From Candidatus Saccharimonadales bacterium (GTDB lineage Bacteria; Patescibacteriota; Saccharimonadia; Saccharimonadales; 2-12-FULL-41-12), in contig DASUOI010000030.1 in assembly GCA_036276695.1 (NCBI GenBank), positions 1-46,400 on the forward strand: a stretch of DNA of 46,400 nt. Direction: 5' to 3'. Below the pieces are notes generated by a model. That model was not told the DNA's origin and did not search any database. It worked only from the letters and a program-made list of their open reading frames with translations. Of the stretch, positions 40,353-46,400 are shown one piece after another. The position numbers were made by a program, and so were the translations under genes. The first letter of the stretch is position 1, and every line of letters begins with the position of its first letter.

Positions 40353-41357
40353 ATGAAACCAAAGATATCTGTAGTTGTAGTTAATTGGAATAATAAAAAA
40401 TTGACTGAACAATGCATAAAATCATTACAAAAACAGCACGTTGATTTAAAAATTATCTTGATAGATAACGGATCTGCCGATGGGTCTGTAGAATACTTAC
40501 AGAAACAATTCCCAAACATCAGGTTGATTGCACAAAAAAAGAACTTAGGTTTTGCTGGCGGGGCGAATGTGGGCATAAAAAATGCCCTCAAAGGCGACGC
40601 TAATTACATAGCTTTGCTCAATAATGACGTTGTTGTGGATAAGAGTTGGTTGCAATCTCTTGTTAATGCAATGGAAGAAGATGACTCCATAGGAGCGGTT
40701 ACGGGAAAACTATTGAACAAAAAAGGCGATAGAGTTGATAATACGGGCGATGAATATTCAGTCTGGGGTTTAACCATACCTAGGGACAGGGGCATAAAAA
40801 TAGACAAGCTAAACAGAGATGATGGCAAGGTTTTTGGAGCATGCGCCGGAGCAGCCTTATACCGAGCCGAAGTTTTTAAAAATATAGGATTGTTTGATGA
40901 AAAGTTCTTTGCGTACTATGAAGACTCTGATTTGAACTTCCGTATGCAGCTGGCCGGATGGGAAACAAAATATCAGCCAAGTGCGGTTGCATACCATGAT
41001 ATCGGCTCTACAAGTAAGAAAATATCGGGTTTTACCACCCTGCAAACTATAAAAAACCAGCCTATGCTGTTTTGGAAAAACGTCCCGTTAGGACTTCTCC
41101 CCACAATGTTCCCGAAGTTTTTCCTTGCGCACAGTATGGTAATTTTAAGCTCTATCTTTAAGGGTCATTTGTTTATAACTGTAAAGGGGGTGTTGCTTTG
41201 CTTTAAAAACACCCCTCATTATTTTTTAGAAAGAAGAAGAATCCAGAAAAGACGCAAAGTTAGCAACGAATATATATGGTCTGTCCTATACCAAGATTTG
41301 CCGCCGGATGCGCGCAGGCTAAGAAGATTTCGCGCTTTTTTTACCGGAAAGAAGTAA
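40353..41357 (+). CDS. GT2 glycosyltransferase (rhamnosyltransferase-like)
   Basis: 'ISVVVVNWNNKKLT', 'IDNGSADGS', 'NLGFAGGAN' and 'FAYYEDSDLNFR' are present. The protein is paralogous in pattern to 30620-31591. An alternative start lies at 40338. Confidence 0.85.
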   Translation: MKPKISVVVVNWNNKKLTEQCIKSLQKQHVDLKIILIDNGSADGSVEYLQKQFPNIRLIAQKKNLGFAGGANVGIKNALKGDANYIALLNNDVVVDKSWLQSLVNAMEEDDSIGAVTGKLLNKKGDRVDNTGDEYSVWGLTIPRDRGIKIDKLNRDDGKVFGACAGAALYRAEVFKNIGLFDEKFFAYYEDSDLNFRMQLAGWETKYQPSAVAYHDIGSTSKKISGFTTLQTIKNQPMLFWKNVPLGLLPTMFPKFFLAHSMVILSSIFKGHLFITVKGVLLCFKNTPHYFLERRRIQKRRKVSNEYIWSVLYQDLPPDARRLRRFRAFFTGKK

Positions 41358-42635
41358 TAAGACTCCGGCAAGCAGCCACCACTGAGCGGCTACGGCCTCG
41401 TTAGACCATGTATGTAGCAGGAGGTTGCTAAAAGTAATCCCTACGAAGCCGGCTACCATTACCCGCCCATAAAAGTCCTGGCGCTGGTAAAGCCTTTTTA
41501 AAATTTTGTACATGAGATACAACAGTAAAAGCAGGCCTAGCAAGCCTATTTCGTAGGCTATCTGCAGGAAGTAATTCTCTGTCAACACCACTTTGTCGGT
41601 TTGGATGGATACTAGGCCGGCAGTGCCGGGCCCATGGCCGATTGGCTGGTTGATTATGGATTTGGCCGTAGCTTGGTAGAAAGCTATTCTTTTCTCGTTC
41701 GGGTCGGCCAGCTGGGTATTCTCGTCCGCGTGGAGTACTACGTTCTGGACTACATAGTTGTCCCTTGCTAAGAAAAAGCTAGCTAGAAACACAGCTATTA
41801 AAATAACGATGTAGAGCCAATGTTTTTTAAGAAATCTTGTTGCTTGGGCTTTGTATTGTAAAAACAAAACCGTCGCTACCGCTAAAACAGCGCCTAGCAA
41901 AGCGCTTCTGGAAAAAGTAAGGAATAGTATAAGACCATGGAGGGCTAACAGCCCGCCGATAAGCATGCGGGCGCTTTTTAGCCTGAACCAAGCGGCTGAT
42001 AAAAGGGTTATAGGTAGGATAAGATAAGCCCCGAGTGAGTTAGGGTCGCGGAGGGTTGAAAAAGCTCTGGGCAAGTCCGGCTTGTCGTCTATGAAAAAGT
42101 TCGGCTTTACACCCCTCTCCACACTATAGCCAAAGTGGGTCAGAATGTCTTTAGGCAAGAACCACTGTAGAAGCGCCAGTAGGCAGACTATTGTGCTGAC
42201 AACTAAAACAATTTTGAAGATTGTTTTAGTTAAGACTTGAGATGTGAGACTTGGGACGTGAGACTTAACTAGGAGGGCTGTGGCGAAGCCGAGTATGAGG
42301 TAGCCGAAAAGCCGGCAATTATAAACGGTTGCTAATAGTGCTGGGTTTTTCTCTATGTCCGGGTTGATGGCCCATATTAGGAAGTGGAAAAGAACATAGA
42401 GTACGCTCAGCCCCGTTATAGCCCAAAAGAATTTGTCTTTAAAGCCGTTTTTTATATAGACCAGCAGGAGCGAAGCCACGACGGCGAAGAAAAGCAGGAC
42501 GTCTTTCCAGGCCTTCCAAACTTCCAGCCCGCCGGTATAGGTGCTGAGCCATTGGCTAAGGAAAATATGGAACGGCATATAGACTAAAAGCGCTAAAAAT
42601 GCCCAATATGGAATACTAAGCAGTTTATTCATCAT
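41319..42635 (-). CDS. O-antigen ligase/polymerase family membrane protein (Wzy_C domain)
   Basis: About 11 TM helices. 'LFLTFSRSALLGAVLAV' is followed by a large loop with 'HADENTQLADPN...GHGPGTAG', the typical Wzy_C pattern. Confidence 0.7.
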   Translation of the reverse strand: MMNKLLSIPYWAFLALLVYMPFHIFLSQWLSTYTGGLEVWKAWKDVLLFFAVVASLLLVYIKNGFKDKFFWAITGLSVLYVLFHFLIWAINPDIEKNPALLATVYNCRLFGYLILGFATALLVKSHVPSLTSQVLTKTIFKIVLVVSTIVCLLALLQWFLPKDILTHFGYSVERGVKPNFFIDDKPDLPRAFSTLRDPNSLGAYLILPITLLSAAWFRLKSARMLIGGLLALHGLILFLTFSRSALLGAVLAVATVLFLQYKAQATRFLKKHWLYIVILIAVFLASFFLARDNYVVQNVVLHADENTQLADPNEKRIAFYQATAKSIINQPIGHGPGTAGLVSIQTDKVVLTENYFLQIAYEIGLLGLLLLLYLMYKILKRLYQRQDFYGRVMVAGFVGITFSNLLLHTWSNEAVAAQWWLLAGVLLLLSGKKSAKSS

Positions 42636-42649
42636 CTATACTATAGACT

Positions 42650-43762
42650 ATGCCGAAAACTATGCCGAAACACATTGTGATAGATGCGCGCAACAGGCGC
42701 TCCAGCACCGGCCGTTATACCGACAGGCTGATTAACAACCTCCAAAATATAGATAAAGAAAACAAATACACCATACTGGTTGAAGCCGGGGATATATGGA
42801 AGCCGAGGAACCAGAACTTCAGAACCCGGACGGCGAACTTCCAGCAGTTTTCCTTCAACCCGGTTGACCAGGTAGCTTTCGCGCACCTGCTGTATTCGCT
42901 CAAGCCGGACGTAGTGCACTTTACTATGACCCAACAACCGGTTTTTTACTTTGGAAACATCATAACTACTACGCATGATCTGACGATGTTCAAATACACC
43001 CGGCCAAGCCGGTTCCCTAAGTGGGTGCATGCGCTTGGCATGGTGTTTTACCGGTTCTTGTTCTGGTGGGGGCATAAGAAGTCTAAGAAAATCATCGTGC
43101 CCAGTAAGTATGTGGCTAAGGAGCTGGCCAAATACCAGCCGTTTACGAAGGATAAGCTGGCCGTAACCTACGAAGCCAGCGACCCGCCGATAAAAGCCAA
43201 GCCAATGGCCGTAAAAGGCGTTATGAAGCCGTTTATCCTGCATGTCGGGGCGCCCTTCCCGCACAAGAACCTGGACAGGCTTATTAGTGCTTTTGATGAG
43301 GTTAAGAAAACCCAACCAAAATTACAGCTCGTTCTGCCGGGGAAGATGAAAAACCAGTTCAAAAAAGATATGGTGCGGTGGATAGACCAAAGCCCTAATG
43401 AGGCAGACATCATAACCCCGGGCTATATGAATGATGCAGAGCTAAAATGGCTTTACACCAATGCGGAGTTATATGTGCTGCCGTCCCTGAGCGAGGGCTT
43501 CGGCCTGCCGGGGCTGGAGGCCATGGCGCACGGCTGTCCTGTCATAGCCAGCGACAACACCTGCCTGCCGGAGGTTTACGGTCAAGGCGCGCTATACTTC
43601 AACCCTCTTGAAACACAGGAAATAGCCACCAATATAGAAAAAGTTCTTATCAGTAAAAAAGTAAAGAAAAAATTAATTATTGCCGGGCAAGCCCAGCTAA
43701 AAAAATATTCCTGGGACAAGCTGGCCCGAGAAACTTTAGCAATATATAGCTCAGCCGATTAA
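42650..43762 (+). CDS. Glycosyltransferase family 4 (GT-B)
   Basis: 'LPSLSEGFGLPGLEAMAHGCPVIASDNTCLPEVYGQGALYFNP' is an EX7E motif. Two in-frame ATGs (42650 and 42662) arise from a 12-nt tandem duplication. Confidence 0.85.
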   Translation: MPKTMPKHIVIDARNRRSSTGRYTDRLINNLQNIDKENKYTILVEAGDIWKPRNQNFRTRTANFQQFSFNPVDQVAFAHLLYSLKPDVVHFTMTQQPVFYFGNIITTTHDLTMFKYTRPSRFPKWVHALGMVFYRFLFWWGHKKSKKIIVPSKYVAKELAKYQPFTKDKLAVTYEASDPPIKAKPMAVKGVMKPFILHVGAPFPHKNLDRLISAFDEVKKTQPKLQLVLPGKMKNQFKKDMVRWIDQSPNEADIITPGYMNDAELKWLYTNAELYVLPSLSEGFGLPGLEAMAHGCPVIASDNTCLPEVYGQGALYFNPLETQEIATNIEKVLISKKVKKKLIIAGQAQLKKYSWDKLARETLAIYSSAD

Positions 43763-43790
43763 GCTATTAAAACTTGGTATAATCGAGGGA

Positions 43791-44234
43791 GTGAACGAAA
43801 CGAACACAAACACCCAGGCCGGACAGGATTTGCAAAACCTCCAGCCCCAAGGCAACCATACTCAGCAAACTTCCAGCAATTTCCAGAACGGGACGGGAGT
43901 GAACCTAAGCGGGAGCAACACCTCAAGCCTGCTTAATGAAGGGGGCCGAACTGGGAATTTAAGCGTGGGCATAGCCAGTGCTAACAGCCAGACTTCCATC
44001 GCCCCTGTCGAGCCGGTGGTTTTGAAAGACTCGGGCGTCCCGACTTTTTATATTCTTATCCCGCTAGTTTTGTTTTTCTTCGCGCTATATTTAGCTTATA
44101 GGCGAATCATAAAATTCGATAAAACTACCGCTGAAGACGTTCAAGCTGAAGGAGTGTTGCTTGAGGAAGCCGCGCGGATTCCCAAGGCCAAAAAGAAGAA
44201 GAGGAAAAAGCCTAAGAAGGCTCATCATCATTAG
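43791..44234 (+). CDS. Small single-pass membrane protein with an N/Q/S/T-rich N-terminus and a poly-Lys C-terminus; unknown function
   Basis: GTG start just after GAGGGA. One TM helix, 'FYILIPLVLFFFALYLAY'. The C-terminus is 'KAKKKKRKKPKKAHHH'. The coding status is plausible but unproven. Confidence 0.4.
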   Translation: MNETNTNTQAGQDLQNLQPQGNHTQQTSSNFQNGTGVNLSGSNTSSLLNEGGRTGNLSVGIASANSQTSIAPVEPVVLKDSGVPTFYILIPLVLFFFALYLAYRRIIKFDKTTAEDVQAEGVLLEEAARIPKAKKKKRKKPKKAHHH

Positions 44235-44745
44235 AAGGTTTTTCCTCAGCTTTGCCGGAAGACTTAAGCACTATATGCCGTTCCCTGCCAATGCCTTCTG
44301 ACTCTGTTATAAGGCCATGTTCGCTTGCTAGTTTATGAATCACCCTTCTGTCTGAGGCGTTCATGGGGCGAAGGCTCATGGGCTCGCCGGATTCTTTTAC
44401 TTCAGCGACCCAGCCTTCTGCCTTTTCCCGTAGTCTCTCTGCCCGCTGGGCTTTGTACTCGGCTATATCGACGTTAACGCGGTTCATAGCGTATTCTCTG
44501 GATTTTAACGCGCAACTGGTTAGGAATTGCAGGGCATGCATGGTTTCGCCCTTAGAGCCTATTAAGAAGCCGTTCAGGTGGGTGGATGGGACCTGTAGCT
44601 CTATAACTTCATCGTCGCTGTTAGAGGCATGAACTTCTATGTTCAAACCGAAGAATGATAGCAAGTCTTCCAAATACTTCTTGGCGTATTGGATGGCTTC
44701 TTCTACGGATTCCGGGTCCGTGGCTTTGGCGTTATCTTCGGTCAT
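44212..44745 (-). CDS. khpB: RNA-binding protein Jag/KhpB (KH + R3H domains)
   Basis: 'GFLIGSKGETMHALQFL' is KH-like. 'MNASDRRVIHKLASEHGLITESEGIGRERHIVL' is an R3H domain. ATGA overlap with yidC and conserved synteny. Confidence 0.85.
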   Translation of the reverse strand: MTEDNAKATDPESVEEAIQYAKKYLEDLLSFFGLNIEVHASNSDDEVIELQVPSTHLNGFLIGSKGETMHALQFLTSCALKSREYAMNRVNVDIAEYKAQRAERLREKAEGWVAEVKESGEPMSLRPMNASDRRVIHKLASEHGLITESEGIGRERHIVLKSSGKAEEKPSNDDEPS

Positions 44746-45656
44746 TTCTTCTTCCTTTTCTTAGGCTTGGATGGTTTTTTCTTCTTTTTGGCTTGTTTTA
44801 ATGTTTGTTTTTCTATAATCTCCCCTTCAACTGCGAGCTCATGCATCTCATCTTTGTCCTGTCTTAGTATATAGGCCTGCTGGAAGTAGCCGACAGCGCT
44901 GGTCGTCAGGATGTAAAGACCCAAAGCCGAAGGAAACACCGCGGTGAAGCCGAAAGTCAAAAAAGGCATGAAATAAAGCATGTTCTTACCGATGGCCGCG
45001 CCAATCTCGCCTTGGTCGGCCTGTTTGCCCTGGCTGGCTTCTTTCATTATTTCGGACAGTTTTTTAGAGTCTTTGCTGTCGACCATCAACAGCTTGCTTT
45101 GGTAGTACTGGGCAACCGCGGCAGTAACGGCGATTATCAGGGCTGGTACATATACCCCGCCGTCGCCGATGGCTTTTCTTGACAGGTCGGCAAAGCCCAA
45201 GAAATAGTAGCTGAACTGCGACATATCAGCCGCTAGCTGATGTATCCATGGGAGGTCCCTGACGAAATCATATGAGAACGTAAGCAAAACATTGGAGTCG
45301 TTCACAAGTTTTAGCACGGATTGATACAAGGCTATGAATATAGGTATCTGGATGATGAGCGTGCCGATGGTCGAGAACGGTTTGACACCGTGTTCCTTGT
45401 AAAGCTCCATCTGCAAGCGAGCTTCTTTTTGCCGGTCGCCGTTCGCGGATTTTTTTATGTCCTTCAGTTTCGGCTGAAGCCTTCTCATTGCCCGCGATTG
45501 GTGCAGCTGCTTTTTAACAAGCGGCCATAGCGCCAGCCGGACAAGCGCCGTAAATATGATTATCGCTATACCAAGATCATGCCCCGGGACAACGGCATAT
45601 ATAAACTCCAGCAGGTTGAAAATTGGCTGTATTAAATACTTGTCAAAAAAATTCAT
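44742..45656 (-). CDS. yidC: Membrane protein insertase YidC (short, monoderm type)
   Basis: 'LGIAIIIFTALVRLALWPL..KQ..S..M..LQP....I' and 'GC.P.LIQ.P'-like 'GTLIIQIPIFIALY' are present, with a Lys-rich C-terminal tail. At 304 aa it lacks a P1 periplasmic domain. Confidence 0.92.
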   Translation of the reverse strand: MNFFDKYLIQPIFNLLEFIYAVVPGHDLGIAIIIFTALVRLALWPLVKKQLHQSRAMRRLQPKLKDIKKSANGDRQKEARLQMELYKEHGVKPFSTIGTLIIQIPIFIALYQSVLKLVNDSNVLLTFSYDFVRDLPWIHQLAADMSQFSYYFLGFADLSRKAIGDGGVYVPALIIAVTAAVAQYYQSKLLMVDSKDSKKLSEIMKEASQGKQADQGEIGAAIGKNMLYFMPFLTFGFTAVFPSALGLYILTTSAVGYFQQAYILRQDKDEMHELAVEGEIIEKQTLKQAKKKKKPSKPKKRKKK

Positions 45657-45754
45657 TTACTTCTCCGTTCTGCTGTTTGGTGCTGCTAAAGCTTACGGAT
45701 AAAAACCCGAGTAACTGCTTATATCTAGCTTACCATATGGAGTAGGCGGAAGGC

Positions 45755-46102
45755 TTAATTGATGCCGGCTTTTTTGAAAAGTTTTTTCAGTTGTTGGGTC
45801 AAATCCTCTGCCGGGATTGTGGCTGTCGATTCTTCAAAGACGGTAATTATTATTTCTTTGCCAGCTGCGTTGGGGCGGTTTGCGATGTTCTGCCTTGCAT
45901 ATTCGAAGATTCGCCGCCTGATACGATTGCGCACAACTGCTGATTTACTGACTTTCTTGCTGACAACAACAGCCAGGCGGTATTCGCCCGAAGAGCTTTT
46001 TTTAGCTCTAATATTAAAACCGCCGGCACGGAGCGGCCTTGTGGTTTTGTAGACCCTATCAATAGCGTTATTTCCTATGAACCTGTTTTTCTTTGGGATC
46101 AT
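45755..46102 (-). CDS. rnpA: Ribonuclease P protein component
   Basis: 115 aa, basic, with 'KKVSKSAVVRNRIRRRIFE' (the RNR motif). It sits between rpmH and yidC. Confidence 0.88.
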   Translation of the reverse strand: MIPKKNRFIGNNAIDRVYKTTRPLRAGGFNIRAKKSSSGEYRLAVVVSKKVSKSAVVRNRIRRRIFEYARQNIANRPNAAGKEIIITVFEESTATIPAEDLTQQLKKLFKKAGIN

Positions 46103-46103
46103 A

Positions 46104-46138
46104 GGTTTAGGTTATAGGGTTTAGGGTTTAGGGTAAAG
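46104..46138. repeat. Five tandem 7-mers (GGTTTAG x3 perfect, plus 2 degenerate) in the rpmH-rnpA spacer
   Basis: Read directly: ggtttag gttatag ggtttag ggtttag ggtaaag. In another phase this is TTTAGGG. Confidence 0.8.
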
Positions 46139-46144
46139 AGCTGT

Positions 46145-46282
46145 TTAGGCTGAGATTTTTTTGCGGCCTTTTAGCTTGCGCCTCTTTAGCACCTTTTGCC
46201 CGGCTTTTGTCGCGATACGTTTGAAAAATCCGTGTTGTTTTGCGCGCTTGCGCTTCTTTGGTTGATATGTTCGTTTTGGCAT
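46145..46282 (-). CDS. rpmH: 50S ribosomal protein L34
   Basis: Hand translation of the minus strand gives [45 protein letters not shown], a canonical L34. It is absent from the ORF track (45 aa), and its position upstream of rnpA is canonical. Confidence 0.93.
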   Translation of the reverse strand: MPKRTYQPKKRKRAKQHGFFKRIATKAGQKVLKRRKLKGRKKISA

Positions 46283-46351
46283 TGTATTAGTATATACGAT
46301 TGGTGGGGAAAATGTGGTTTTGACAATGGAAATCCAAAACTTACGGCTTGT

Positions 46352-46381
46352 TTATCCACGTTTGAGGACGTATTATCCACA
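46352..46381 (+). promoter_or_regulatory. Two direct DnaA-box 9-mers (TTATCCACG and TTATCCACA), candidate oriC / dnaA-promoter edge
   Basis: TTATCCACG at 46352-46360 and a perfect consensus TTATCCACA at 46373-46381, with starts 21 bp apart. They lie immediately upstream of rpmH, the classical dnaA/oriC neighbourhood. The window ends at 46400. Confidence 0.5.
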
Positions 46382-46400
46382 GCTTAACAGATGGGTTTTT

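Noticed and set aside
42641-43315. A 224-aa ORF antisense to the GT4 gene. Similar long antisense ORFs occur at 1667-2290, 2989-3549, 8338-8760, 12293-12862 and 15987-16370.
   Set aside because: Each lies wholly inside a gene with strong family motifs on the other strand. Their translations are low-complexity or Arg/Ser/Leu-rich, with no recognisable domains or ribosome-binding sites. These are typical shadow ORFs.
45657-45754. The 98-nt gap between rnpA and yidC, as a possible site for yidD or a small RNA. The 103-nt gap at 18360-18462 was considered as a possible tRNA or sRNA site.
   Set aside because: The first gap is too short for yidD, and neither gap shows tRNA-like T-arm or anticodon-arm features. 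Region 18360-18462 has only a 7-bp hairpin (ACCGTAC/GTACGGT) with no U-tract.
46186-46387. Two ORFs of 63-64 aa given in the track at the right-hand edge.
   Set aside because: They overlap the clearly genuine rpmH gene and the DnaA-box region, and their sequences are not protein-like.

Overview
The window is a compact, gene-dense bacterial chromosome segment that uses the standard genetic code. TGA and TAG both act as stops, and many gene junctions overlap as ATGA or GTGA.

The right edge carries the origin-proximal cluster rpmH-rnpA-yidC-jag on the minus strand. It is followed by two DnaA-box 9-mers, so the window probably ends inside or next to oriC or the dnaA promoter. YidC is the short 304-aa form without a large periplasmic domain, and no LPS or outer-membrane genes are visible. 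This fits a monoderm-type, small-genome organism. A Patescibacteria/Saccharibacteria-like origin is a guess I cannot verify.

The first ~6 kb hold ordinary housekeeping and envelope genes: a partial S8 protease, a CBS-domain membrane protein, a DsbA-like oxidoreductase, a CPA2 antiporter, nadD and uppP.

From ~6.4 kb to ~43.8 kb the window is dominated by one very large cell-surface glycan super-locus. Its parts are:
- **Initiation and precursors:** GtrA, a WbaP-type initiating phosphoglycosyltransferase, glmS, ugd, rmlBCDA, an HldC-like nucleotidyltransferase with a HAD-IIB hydrolase, and a DegT aminotransferase.
- **Glycosyltransferases:** about 9 GT2/GT4 enzymes and a GT-C-like membrane protein.
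- **Export and transfer:** a Wzm/Wzt ABC exporter and a Wzy_C/O-antigen-ligase-family protein.
- **Sulfation module:** a fused ATP-sulfurylase/APS-kinase (PAPS synthase), the CysQ PAP phosphatase and two sulfotransferases.
- **Pyruvylation:** two polysaccharide pyruvyl transferases. One is translationally coupled to a nitroreductase-like protein and an MprF-type flippase-like protein.

The most interesting reading is a pathway for a multiply anionic (sulfated, pyruvylated, uronate-containing), rhamnose-based envelope glycopolymer or glycoconjugate.

GC content falls visibly from about 50% in the flanks to about 30-35% in the core cassette (~33.7-40.3 kb). This estimate comes from a few 60-nt lines sampled by hand. 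One GT4 gene is interrupted by a single in-frame TAG next to an A8 tract. I saw no rRNA, tRNA, CRISPR array or transposase.
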